Shown in pieces: positions 23,920 to 35,016 of a stretch of 64,000 bases of DNA. The stretch is taken from contig OZ024742.1 in NCBI GenBank assembly GCA_964016885.1, positions 35,092,001 to 35,156,000 of the forward strand. Direction: 5' to 3'. Position 1 is the first letter of the stretch, and every line of letters starts with the position of its first letter. A program made the position numbers and the translations under genes. The notes beneath the pieces were generated by a model. It had not been told where the DNA came from and did not search any database. It saw only the letters and a program-made list of their open reading frames with translations. This DNA comes from Eledone cirrhosa (Eukaryota).

Positions 23920-24854
23920 TTAGCCCATTACCATTTAAACCGGTCGTATCCGCCCAGAATTCTCTCTCTTTTCTCTGTTTAAACCAGTCATAACTGGTAT
24001 TGTTCTCAAAATAAATAACATCAAAATCACGTAGATTCAATATTATGTGAGATAATTATGTTAGATAATGCTTTTACCACAAAAAAAAAGCACAATAGTA
24101 TCATCATCATCATCATCATCATCACCGTTTTACGTCCGTTCTTCCACGCTAGCATGGGTTAGACGGGTTGTCCTGTTGTGGGCAGTGTCTGGTCGGCTGA
24201 CCATGCCTTGCTCATACAGGAACTGATTTGGCTTGATTTCTACAGCTGGATGCCCTTCCTAACACCAACCTTATTTACAGTGAGTGCTGGGTGCTTTTTC
24301 GTGGCGCCTACACGTCCACTTTACAGTGTGGGCTGGGTGCTTTTTTGCCATGGCACCTCCATGACCACCTTGCAGTGGGAGGGTGTGGGGGCATATTGTC
24401 TATATGCTTCAGCTTGTACCCATGGGAGGTCGGGTACTCTGTATTACTGCGTGACGCCAGTGGTCACGGTCGTGTGTCATCACCTTTGAGAGGTGTAATT
24501 GGGTAAGGTCGGCTTTTATCACCTCATCCCAGCTCATCTTGGGTCTCCCCACTCCGCGGTTTCCATCGACTTCTAGTGCTCTGCACCTTTTTATGCAGCT
24601 GTCATCCTTCATACGCATCACATGTCCATACCAACGCATCCGCCTCTCCTGCACACAGCATTTGATTCCTCTTATGCTCAGTCTCTCTCTCAATTCATTT
24701 ATGCTTTGTCGTTCGTGTATATTACTATTACACATCCATCGGAGCATGCAGGCTTCGTTTCTCTCTAATCTACATAAGTCTTCCACCTTCAGCGCCCAGG
24801 TCTCACTACCATGTAATATTGTATATATAGAGTAATGTAAGTGCTAAAGGGTTA
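23920..24854. mobile_element. piggyBac-type MITE interrupted by an RTE LINE 3' fragment (minus, about 24101-24821)
   Basis: MITE left part to ...CACAATAGTA (24100), then (TCA)n tail and ORF 24409-24786 (RLERNEACMLRWMC...RWYGHV), then MITE right end ...AGAGTAATGTAAGTGCTAAAGGGTTAA. Confidence 0.8.
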
Positions 24855-24985
24855 AAATGCATGTTTGATGTATTTTCATTTTTTTCTTATATGGAGCCAT
24901 AAATCACACCTCCCCAGCCCCACTGCCACTGTCAACCCCCTACATTTTGTCTTCTATTATTACCTGATTTACATTTTATTTACAG

Positions 24986-25095
24986 TCTTCCCATTTTGCA
25001 ACTCTGTTTGAGGCTGCTGAGATGTTGGGTTGGCTAGACAAGTCTGTGGTTCATTGTCAACATATAGGCTTTGGAGTGGTCCTTGGTGAAGACAA
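24986..25095 (+). CDS. RARS1: Arginyl-tRNA synthetase exon (last one found in window)
   Basis: tttacag acceptor, gtaaga donor. 110 nt, phase 0/2. [36 protein letters not shown](K). Not in the supplied ORF track. Confidence 0.95.
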
Positions 25096-25679
25096 GTAAG
25101 ACATTATTTACCTTCCTAACTCTACCATTTATTGAATTTTTCTATTCAGCAGTAAACAGGATTTAGGGGGGAAAATATTAAATTTACAGTTCAAAACCTA
25201 TGCAGGCTTAGCTGGCCTGCTACAAGGTTGTATCCCATATGTTTCTTGAGTGTTTTAATGATAGGGGTCTTAGTCCTATCGTGTTGTTACAGCTCACACC
25301 TATACAAGTTTAGCTGGCTTCTTATATGTTTGCATCTCATAAGAGGTTTCTTTGGTGTTTTAATGATAGGGCCCCCAGTCCTATCATATTGTTACAGTTC
25401 ACACCCATACAGGTTTAGTTGACCTCCTATGAGGTTGCACTTTATAGGAGGTTTTTAAAATGTTTTAATGGTAGGGGGTCCTTTCATATCATTATAAGCA
25501 TTGTGAAATGAAACATTTTGCTCAAGAACACATAATGCCATCCAGTCCATTAAAGGACTTGATTTTTAATCTGATTTTGTGTTGTTTTTGTTTTTTGTTT
25601 TTTATCATTAACCTTCTAGAGGCTGAATTTTTTAATGAATTGCTTCCCTTGATACTGTATTATGTATTAAAAGGAGTCT

Positions 25680-25930
25680 CCAACACTACTACTCGGCAGT
25701 ATGTACTGGGTGCATTGTATTGTAGCACCAGCACTACTACTCTACAATGTGTACTGGTTGCATTGTATTGTGGCACCAACACTACTACTCTACAGTGTGT
25801 ACTGAGTCCATTGTATTGTGGCACCAGTAATACCAATTTATCAAATGTGCTGGGTGCATTTTATTGTGGCCCCAGCTGTACCACTTTATTGAGTGGACAA
25901 GGTGTATTTTATTGTGATACCAGCAATGAC
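25680..25930. repeat. 48-bp minisatellite (about 5 copies)
   Basis: Unit GTGTACTGGGTGCATTGTATTGTGGCACCAGCACTACTACTCTACA.., visible as a 16-aa periodicity in ORF 25508-25987. Confidence 0.8.
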
Positions 25931-26213
25931 TGTATGATCAAGGCCCATAGGCCTTTGATCAAAGGCCTGATCTTAGGATTGATTTGAAATCCTAGTGTTG
26001 CTATTTTCTGGAACATGGCTTAATCTATCCTTAGAGGTAATCTGCTAATGTTTTTTATAGAAGAACAGCAACAACAAAAGAAGAGGGCATCTTTGTGTGG
26101 CTGGCTGCTCTGCCTGTTGGAAATAACTAGTAAAACTCCCTCAAGTGATGCCCTTCTATATTAACCCTTTCATGACTCTATTTCTAATGAAATACTCAAT
26201 ATTTCTATTAATT

Positions 26214-26580
26214 ATCATCATCATCATCATCGTTTAACGTCTATCTTCCACGCTAGCATGGGTTAGACGGGAATTGTCCCACTTGATGCAAGATTGGTCG
26301 AGTGACCGTGTCTCGCTCGTATAGGACTGTATCTGGCAGGTTTTCTACGACTGGATGCCCTTCCTAACACCAACCACATTTACAGTGTGGACTAGGAACT
26401 TTTTACCGTGTTACCTACATGGCCACATTACAGCGTGGAATGTGTGTTTTTTAGTCGTGACACCTACACAAGCTCATTAGTTTGGACTGGATATTGTGGT
26501 ACCAACATAACTTTACAGAGAAAGGGTGGTGTTGGTGGGAGTGGGAAGATGGGGTAGAGGTAGTGGGTTGAGGTGTATAT
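26214..26580 (-). mobile_element. RTE LINE 3' UTR fragment inside a second TTAA-CCCTTT MITE
   Basis: Matches 18441-18810. Flanks 26161-26213 and 26581-26730 resemble the MITE at 60967-61210. Confidence 0.7.
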
Positions 26581-27556
26581 TAATAAAGAATTTTTAGGGT
26601 TTTACTAAAATTATCAATTATTTCTTTACTAAAATAGCAACTTAACATAAGGTTATCATATGAAATTTAAATAGGAACCCCTCAAAATAGGTGCTTTTGT
26701 TTCATAGAATCAGAGCTGGTTATGGTTGTATCTAAGAGTTAAAACATAAAAACAAAAAAAATATATTGGATGTGGTTGTTCCTGGTACACTGTTATTGTG
26801 TGGGGTCTAGAGAGTGAGAGATGGTCATGACTGGAATACTTTTGGTCATATGTCAGTCTGGTCGTGGCTGACCTAGGGTTAAACAACGACAGGTGATATG
26901 TGACACTATCACAACTGACTGTATTTGCTGCCTTGTTGCACAATTGAGTGTATGTGTGTGTGTGTGTGTATCTTTACTAATAAAGCTAACGGCCGTATGT
27001 ATGTAACAAACTATTCGCCAAACGGCGAAAGTGAGGGTATTTTTGTCTACTAAATTTTGTTAAAAAATTAAAGACATTATTTAAATATTCACTTCTTTAA
27101 AATTTTCAAATGTCAACACTTCCGGTTATACGACATTCCTCTCTCTTTCTTAGTCTGTCTTTTTAGATAGATACATAGCTATAACGTCGCGCTCTTATAA
27201 TATGTCTCTGTATGTCTGGCTGTCTGCATTATTAAAACCATTCTTGTACATTGACTTTGCTATCTGTGTGTATATATGTATATATAGTGTGTGTGTGTGT
27301 GTGTGTGTATATTGGTGTTAGGAAGGGCATCCAGCTGTAGAAATCAAGCCAAATCAGTTCCTGTATGAGCAAGGCATGGTCAGCCGACCAGACACTGCCC
27401 ACAACAGGACAACCCGTCTAACCCATGCTAGCGTGGAAGAACGGACGTAAAACGGTGATGATGATGATGATGATATATATATATATATAGTGTTAGTATC
27501 ATAAGTAAGAGACAGTTTAATTTGTACATTTTATTACAGCATTCCTTTATACACAT

Positions 27557-28097
27557 ATCATCATCATCATCATCATCAACGTTTAACGTCCGTGTTCCAC
27601 GCTTGCATGGGTTTGGACGGGGGTAGTCCCACTTGAGGCAAGAGTGATTGTCTTGCTCGCATAGGACTGTCTGGCAGGTTTTCTACAGTTGGATGCCCTT
27701 CCTAACACCAACCACATTTACAGTGTGGGTCTGGGAGGTTTTTACCGTGTTGCCTACACGGCCACATTACAGCGTGGACTGTGTGTTTTTTTGTCGTGAC
27801 ACCTACACGATCTCATTTGTTTCGGCCTCGATGGCGCGGCACCAACATAACTTTACATAGAACGGGGTGGTGTGGATCGGGTGGGGGTGGTGGGACGGGG
27901 TGTATTTTGTTAGAGATGCCTACTGGCTGGAGTAGGTTTTACTATATATTTAGGTAAGGCGGGTCTTCTCTGTTACTGAGTACCGCCAAAGGTCTCGGTC
28001 CAGTGACATTGTCTTGGAGAGGTGTAAGTGTGTGATGTCGGAGTTTATCAGCTCGTCCCAGGTTTTTCTAGGTCTGCCTATTCCGTGACTACCGTCT
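27557..28097 (-). mobile_element. Young RTE LINE 3' fragment
   Basis: Near-identical reverse complement of about 43190-43730. Confidence 0.9.
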
Positions 28098-28392
28098 ATC
28101 AGAAATTTTTAAGAAGTGAATCTTTAAATAAACAATATATATTTAATGAACAGCCACGAAATTTAGTAGATAAATTATGTAATATTCATTCATTATTTAT
28201 TCAAAGTAATCCAACTTATTTTACTAATGGGATAAAAAATTATAAACCGTACGCAGTCCAGCGTTCCTTACTTTATTATAGTTTAGATATATATAATTAT
28301 ATATTCGTGTACATATTTTCAACAGTAAAACTATACTATATATTTTCAACGTAAATACTATACTATATGTTTTCAACAGTAATACTATACTA

Positions 28393-28790
28393 TCTGTATA
28401 TATATAAAATTAAGTATGTGTGTGTGTCTGTGTATTACCTATAGGGGCCTACATCTTACGACCGATTTTCATGAAACTTTACAGGCTCATAGATTAGTCA
28501 TCGGGGAGTGTTTTCTATATATCAGCGTATCGTTTTTTTTATTCCGGGGTCATTCTGCAGATAAAAATCGATGGGGGGGGGGGGGGGGTCGCCTTTTTTT
28601 TAGGTATCGAAAAATAAGATTTTTGGCTCTAGCTCCTGCATTTTGCCACCAATTTCGTTCAAATTTTAAAGCAAAATAGAATTTATCATTGCACATCCTT
28701 TAATGGCTTTATATTTTGCATTTATTGTTCAGGGACGGCGTGGCAGCCGCTTAAATATTCAAAAATACTACTTTTAGACTCAAATTTCCA
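28393..28790 (+). mobile_element. Possible non-autonomous Helitron-like 5' fragment
   Basis: Starts TCTGTATATATATAAAA, followed by a (GT)n/GTCTGT tract and GACCGATTTTCATGAAACTTT, a layout typical of Helitron/Helentron-derived elements. No 3' end seen. Confidence 0.4.
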
Positions 28791-28925
28791 CTTTTTCCAG
28801 CCGTAGAAAACCCGCCAGACACTCCTATTACGAGCAAGACAACCAATCTTGCCTCAAGTGGGAAAATTCCTGTCCAAACCCATGCTAGAGTGGAAGATGG
28901 ACGTTAAATGATGATGATGATGATG

Positions 28926-28969
<44 letters not shown>

Positions 28970-28971
28970 TA

Positions 28972-29002
<31 letters not shown>

Positions 29003-29099
29003 GTGTGTGTGTATATATATATATATATGTGTGTGTATATATATATATATATGTGTGTATATATGTATATATGTGTGTGTGTTTGTGTATGTATGTATG

Positions 29100-29133
<34 letters not shown>

Positions 29134-29204
29134 TACACAATTTAAGGTATCTTTATGTATATTTGTATATTTGTGCTTTTCATCAATAATTCAAATTTAT
29201 TTAT

Positions 29205-29296
29205 ATACATATATATAGAGAGAGAGACGGAGCCATATATCTACTGAGAAAAACATAGCATTTTATACACGCACGAAAAGCACACATATATATATA

Positions 29297-29341
<45 letters not shown>

Positions 29342-29398
29342 GTGTGCTTTTCGTGCGTGTATAAAATGCTATGTTTTTCTCATTAGATATATGGCTCC

Positions 29399-29484
<86 letters not shown>

Positions 29485-29485
29485 T
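29205..29485. repeat. Near-perfect palindrome centred on a (TA)n tract
   Basis: Arm 29217-29287 is the reverse complement of 29341-29411, with one mismatch seen. Confidence 0.9.
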
Positions 29486-30128
29486 TATACACACACACAT
29501 ACGCACACTGATGTATACATATATAAGTATCATCAGCATCATCATTCAATGTCCATTTTCCACACTAGCATGAGTATATACATATATATGTATAAATATT
29601 TATATACATGCACACCCTCACACATGTACACACACATTGGCTTTTCTTCCCTTCATTTTATATATATAGATGTACACGCATACATCCAACACACTCCTTA
29701 CGCATACATCCCACATACTTACATGCACACACCCTCTTTTTGCACTTACACAAATATCCAAACCTGCATTTGCACACACACACATACACACATATATGGG
29801 TACACACATACATACATACAGGTACACACACCCACCCACACAGTTGCAATCATGCTGTTACCTGATGTCAGTATCTGCTCCTCGTTACGACACCTGTGTC
29901 ACATCTGTGTCGTTACCTGCAGTTTGGTTGATGAGGCAATGTCAAGGTGCTGTTCTGGATGATGGCAGGTGGGCTAGGTTTATTGATTGGTTTGGCACCA
30001 CCTGTGTGTCGGGGTGGTGGTGGTGTTGGTGTCCTCTCTGTGTAGGTGTGTGATTATATTTATATATATGTGTAGTGTGTTCAATATAGCTTTTAAGAAG
30101 AAAAAACTTTTCCTTGCCCCCCCCCCCC

Positions 30129-30165
<37 letters not shown>

Positions 30166-30173
30166 TATATATA

Positions 30174-30480
30174 TCGAAAGGTTGTGAGTTCAATTCTCAG
30201 ACTGGGTGATGTGTTGTTTCCTTGAGCAAGACACTTTATTTCACATTGCTCCAGTTTACTCAGCTGTAGAAATAAAATGATAGGGACTAGGGTCCATATC
30301 ATTCCACTGCAAAGTGGTCGTGGAGGTGCCATGGCAAAAAAAGCACCCAGCACTCACTGTAAATGAGGTTGGTGTTAGGAAGGGCATCCAGCTGTAGAAA
30401 TCAAGCCAGAATCAGTTCCCATCCCACCCTTGCAAGCAGGGAAAAAGCGGACGTAAAAGGAAATGATGATAAATGATGAT
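30174..30480 (+). mobile_element. SINE B, slightly 5'-truncated, directly upstream of the intact LINE
   Basis: Matches 941-1282. Preceded by (TA)n. Confidence 0.88.
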
Positions 30481-30486
30481 TATATA

Positions 30487-31660
30487 TTGTATTTTCGTTT
30501 ATTGTTAAATTATGCCCAAAATTTTTTCTCGATTCTTCTCTCCATTCGAACCCATTCATTCAATCACTTCTATGTCCTAATTTCACACTATATCATATTT
30601 TCACCATTCTATATCATATCTTTTCTCTAAAAATCATATTTTCCCTATCACCGCATTTTCTCTATCGTATTTTCTTAAACAAAACAAATCTTGTATTTTC
30701 GTTTATTGTTAAATCATGCCCAAAATACGGCGATCTTATCTTAAACCTTACATTCTCGCTATCACTATTATATATTCCTTTAAATATAATTTGTTAAACT
30801 TGCTAAGTTTTACGCAAATCTTCGAGTACCTATTTAAACTTTTAACCTCTGCTCCATCCCATATTCTACCCCCTACCCATTCATCAGGCTGGTTCCTGCC
30901 CCCCCCCCCTCTCCCTCTCTATACATATAAGATAAAACCCTACCAAAATTAATCAAAATCGCCAACTCGCTATTTCTGGGATGGCTGTTCCCTTCGGTAT
31001 AAAGTAACGTTCAAATTTTTCTCGATTCTTCTCTCCATTCGAACCCATTCATTCAATCACTTCTATGTCCTAATTTCACACTATATCATATTTTCACCAT
31101 TCTATATCATATCTTTTCTCTAAAAATCATATTTTCCCTATCACCGCATTTTCTCTATCGTATTTTCTTAAACAAAACAAATCTTGTATTTTCGTTTATT
31201 GTTAAATTATGCCCAATTTTTTCTCGATTCTTCTCTCCATTCGAACCCATTCATTCAATCACTTCTATGTCCTAAATTCACACTATATCATATTTTCACC
31301 ATTCTATATCATATCTTTTCTCTAAAAATCATATTTTCCCTATCACCGCATTTTCTCTATCGTATTTTCTTAAACAAAACAAATCTTGTATTTTCGTTTA
31401 TTGTTAAATTATGCCCAATTTTTTCTCGATTCTTCTCTCCATTCGAACCCATTCATTCAATCACTTCTATGTCCTAATTTCACACTATATCATATTTTCA
31501 CCATTCTATATCATATCTTTTCTCTAAAAATCATATTTTCCCTATCACCGCATTTTCTCTATCGTATTTTCTTAAACAAAACAAATCTTGTATTTTCGTT
31601 TATTGTTAAATCATGCCCAAAATACGGCGATCTTATCTTAAACCTTACATTCTTGCTAAC
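30487..31660 (+). repeat. 202-bp monomer array forming the 5' region of the intact LINE
   Basis: Near-identical units at 30487-30690, 31014-31183 (partial), 31184-31385 and 31386-31587. A shared terminal variant occurs at about 30691-30760 and 31588-31658. Confidence 0.9.
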
Positions 31661-31995
31661 AACCCATCATCCCTTCTACCGCCCCCACGCTCCACCATTA
31701 TTACGTGGACCAATCATAAGTCAGAGGCCCATACTATCGCTTAACTGGTTGCTTTTCGATATGATGGATGGACTACGGAATTCTGGAGAGTTGAAGAGAG
31801 AAAAATGTGGACGCTCAGCGACAATGCCAAAGATAAAGCCAAATTCACCTCGTGGACGAGAATGCAAGCACTCCTCCTTGTTTCGGCCCAGGATGGCTAA
31901 CATAACCCCATTCCCCCCCCCCCCCCCCCCCCCCCCCCCCCGCGCCCCACCGCTCCCACCCTCCAAACGCAATCCAAAACTTCAGAGTTGGTACC

Positions 31996-34900
31996 ATGAA
32001 TGTAGGCACCTTAAAGGGTCGCTCTAACGAGGTTGTAGAAATGCTTGATCGTAAGGAGGTCGATGTTTGTTGTATTCAAGAGACCAGGTGGAGGGGAGGG
32101 TCGGCTAGATTCATCGTGGGTAAAGAACGATGCTATAAGCTTTTCTGGGTGGGAAATGACAATGGGTTGGGTGGGGTAGGAATCATGGTAGCAGAAAAGT
32201 GGGCAGATAAGATAATAGACGTAAATAGAGTGAACGACAGAATAATTAAAATAAGACTTGTCCTCAATAAAACTACGGTGACAGTAATATCTGCGTACGC
32301 ACCCGATTCCGGACTGCCCCGCGCTATAAAAGACAGATTCTACGAGACACTGATGCTCGCTACCTCCCAAATAACCGACAGTGACTATATAGTTATTGCA
32401 GGCGACCTAAATGGTCACGTTGGACAACATTGTGACGGCTATGACGGAATCCATGGAGGCTATGGGTTCGGTACTAGAAATGAGGAAGGCTCCAGAATCC
32501 TGGAATTCTGCGACGCAAATAACTTAACTATCTGTAACACTAACTTCAAAAAACGAGACAATCACTTGATCACCTATAGATCGGGGGAACACACAAGCCA
32601 GGTAGATTATATCCTTACCAGAAGACGTGACAGAGTGTCTGTTGTTAACACTAAATCCCACCCCCATGAAGAATTCACCTCCCAACATAGACTGATAATT
32701 AGCGACCTCATAGTCAGGATGAGACGTACCAGACAGCGGAAGAGGACTATCCTCAGGAGAAAAATATGGAAGCTAAAGGACCCCATAGCCAGAAATAAAT
32801 TTCAAAGCAAATTACTTGACGCTTTCGACAGTAAGGAAGAGCAATTAGAGTCGTATAATATAGAGGAACAGTGGGAATTCCTGAGAGCAAACCTGCTGAC
32901 GGCGGCAGACGAAGTCTGTGGCTGGAGCAGGCCTGTAGGTAGGAGGAGAGTAACATGGTGGTGGAACAGTAAGGTGGAGGAGTCAATTAAGGCCAAAAAG
33001 CAGGCTTGGAAAGTATGGCGGGATGGGGGAAGTAGAGAAGACTATCAAGTGGCCAGGAGGGAAGCTAGGAGACAAGTGTACTTCGCAAGAAGGGAAGCAG
33101 AGGAAAGAAAGTTCAAGCATGTTCTACAACGTGAGGACCAAAAACGTGAGGTGTTCAGGATTGCCAGGCAATGTGTCAAGGAAAACCGTGATATTGTCGG
33201 GGAGAAGTGTGTACTTAACGATGATGGCATACTTGCCATCACCGACGCTGATAAGAAGGTAGCTTGGAAGTGTCACTACGAAAGGCTTCTAAATGAGGAG
33301 AACAAATGGGAGAAAGACAGTCTCCCCCAGATCGATCCAATAGAGGGACCAGCAGTGTTAGTTGAAGGTAGTATAATAAGTAAGGCAATCAAAGATATGA
33401 AGACGGGTAAGGCGGCTGGGCCTTCGGAAATAGTTGCTGAGATGCTGAAGGCATCTGGTTCGGTGGGACACACCATGGTCACCCGGATAGTTAACCAAGT
33501 CGTACAGAATGGGGTTGTTCCGAAGGAATGGCGTAGCAGCATCATCGTTAACTGCTATAAGGGAAAAGGAGATGCCCTAGATAGGAGTAACTATAGAGGC
33601 ATTAAATTAATCGACCAGGTCATGAAGGTCACGGAAAAAGTAATAGCGCAACTAATCAGAGAGAGAATTGATCTAGATGAAATGCAGTTCGGGTTTGTGT
33701 CAGGCAAAAGTACCACAGACGCTCTTTTCATTGTACGACAACTACAGGAGAAGTACCTAGCTAAAAGTAAACCCCTATACTTAGCTTTTGTCGACTTGGA
33801 GAAAGCCTTCGACAGAGTCCCCCGTTCCATTATCTGGTGGTCTCTTAGAAAACTAGGTGTTGACGAATGGCTTGTGAGAGCTATACAAGCCATGTATAAA
33901 GAAACAGTCAGTAAGGTTAGAATTAACAACGAATATAGTGAAGAGTTTAGCGTAAAAGTTGGTGTCCATCAGGGCTCTGTACTTAGCCCCCTACTATTTA
34001 TTATTGCCCTTCAGGCTATAACAGAGGAGTTCAAGACCGGCTGCCCATGGGAACTCCTATACGCAGATGATCTAACGCTCATAGCTGAATCAATGACCGA
34101 ACTAGAGAAGAAATTCCAAACGTGGAAGCACGGCCTAGAATCAAAAGGCCTTAAAATTAACCTGGCTAAGACTAAAGTTCTAGTTTGTAGGAAAGAAAAT
34201 AAGGCGGCGGTCCCATCGGGGAAATGGCCATGCTCAGTGTGTAGGAAAGGCGTAGGTAGAAACTCCATTTTATGTCCCAAATGCAAAGTATGGGTGCATA
34301 AAAGATGTAGTGGGATCACAGGTAAGCTAACTAAGAACATAGATTTTACATGTGGCCGGTGCTCTGGTGCAATAAGTAGCAGCAAGTGCCCACAAAATAC
34401 TAGCTCCTTCAACTACGCAGAGGGTTCTATAGAAATAGTGGACAGCTTCCGTTATCTGGGTGACAAAATCAGCAGTGGGGGAGGGTGCTCTGAAAGTACA
34501 GTAGCTAGAGTCAGAACTGGATGGAAAAAGTTCAGAGAGCTTATACCACTATTAGCCGCTAGAGGGTTCTCCCTAAAAATGAAAGGCAGGTTATACGATG
34601 CCTGCATACGAACAGCAATGCTGCATGGCAGTGAGACCTGGGCATTGTGTGCAGAGGATATACGCAGACTAGAGAGGAACGAAGCTTGCATGCTCCGCTG
34701 GATGTGCAATAGTAATATACGTGAACGGCAAAGCATAAACGAACTAAGGAAAAAATTAGAAATAAGAGGGATCAGATGTTGTTTACTCGAGAGAAGGCTA
34801 CGTTGGTACGGTCACGTGATGCGCATGAAAGACGACAGCTGTATAACAAAGTGCAGGGCAATAAAGATAGACGGTAGCCACGGAGTAGGCAGACCCAGAA

Positions 34901-35016
34901 AAACATGGGACGAGCTGATAAATTCCGACCTCACACGCTTACACCTCTCCAAGACAATGTCACTGGACCGAGACCTTTGGCGGTACTCAGTAATAGAGAA
35001 GACCCGCCTTACCTAA
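31996..35016 (+). CDS. LINE ORF: AP endonuclease + reverse transcriptase with inserted C4HC3 (PHD-like) finger, 1006 aa
   Basis: APE motifs (CIQETRW, GVGI, SAYAP, GDLNGH, VDYIL, SQHR). RT motifs (NYRGIKL, QFGF, FVDLEKAFDRV, GVHQGSVLSP, YADD at 34060-34071). No stops or frameshifts. Confidence 0.97.
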   Translation: MNVGTLKGRSNEVVEMLDRKEVDVCCIQETRWRGGSARFIVGKERCYKLFWVGNDNGLGGVGIMVAEKWADKIIDVNRVNDRIIKIRLVLNKTTVTVISAYAPDSGLPRAIKDRFYETLMLATSQITDSDYIVIAGDLNGHVGQHCDGYDGIHGGYGFGTRNEEGSRILEFCDANNLTICNTNFKKRDNHLITYRSGEHTSQVDYILTRRRDRVSVVNTKSHPHEEFTSQHRLIISDLIVRMRRTRQRKRTILRRKIWKLKDPIARNKFQSKLLDAFDSKEEQLESYNIEEQWEFLRANLLTAADEVCGWSRPVGRRRVTWWWNSKVEESIKAKKQAWKVWRDGGSREDYQVARREARRQVYFARREAEERKFKHVLQREDQKREVFRIARQCVKENRDIVGEKCVLNDDGILAITDADKKVAWKCHYERLLNEENKWEKDSLPQIDPIEGPAVLVEGSIISKAIKDMKTGKAAGPSEIVAEMLKASGSVGHTMVTRIVNQVVQNGVVPKEWRSSIIVNCYKGKGDALDRSNYRGIKLIDQVMKVTEKVIAQLIRERIDLDEMQFGFVSGKSTTDALFIVRQLQEKYLAKSKPLYLAFVDLEKAFDRVPRSIIWWSLRKLGVDEWLVRAIQAMYKETVSKVRINNEYSEEFSVKVGVHQGSVLSPLLFIIALQAITEEFKTGCPWELLYADDLTLIAESMTELEKKFQTWKHGLESKGLKINLAKTKVLVCRKENKAAVPSGKWPCSVCRKGVGRNSILCPKCKVWVHKRCSGITGKLTKNIDFTCGRCSGAISSSKCPQNTSSFNYAEGSIEIVDSFRYLGDKISSGGGCSESTVARVRTGWKKFRELIPLLAARGFSLKMKGRLYDACIRTAMLHGSETWALCAEDIRRLERNEACMLRWMCNSNIRERQSINELRKKLEIRGIRCCLLERRLRWYGHVMRMKDDSCITKCRAIKIDGSHGVGRPRKTWDELINSDLTRLHLSKTMSLDRDLWRYSVIEKTRLT

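Noticed and set aside
31184-31590. Duplicated ORF MYFRLLLNYAQFF...
   Set aside because: Translation of the 202-bp monomer; non-ATG start and low-complexity composition.
32011-34736. Several minus-strand ORFs within the LINE
   Set aside because: Antisense shadows of the long plus-strand ORF.
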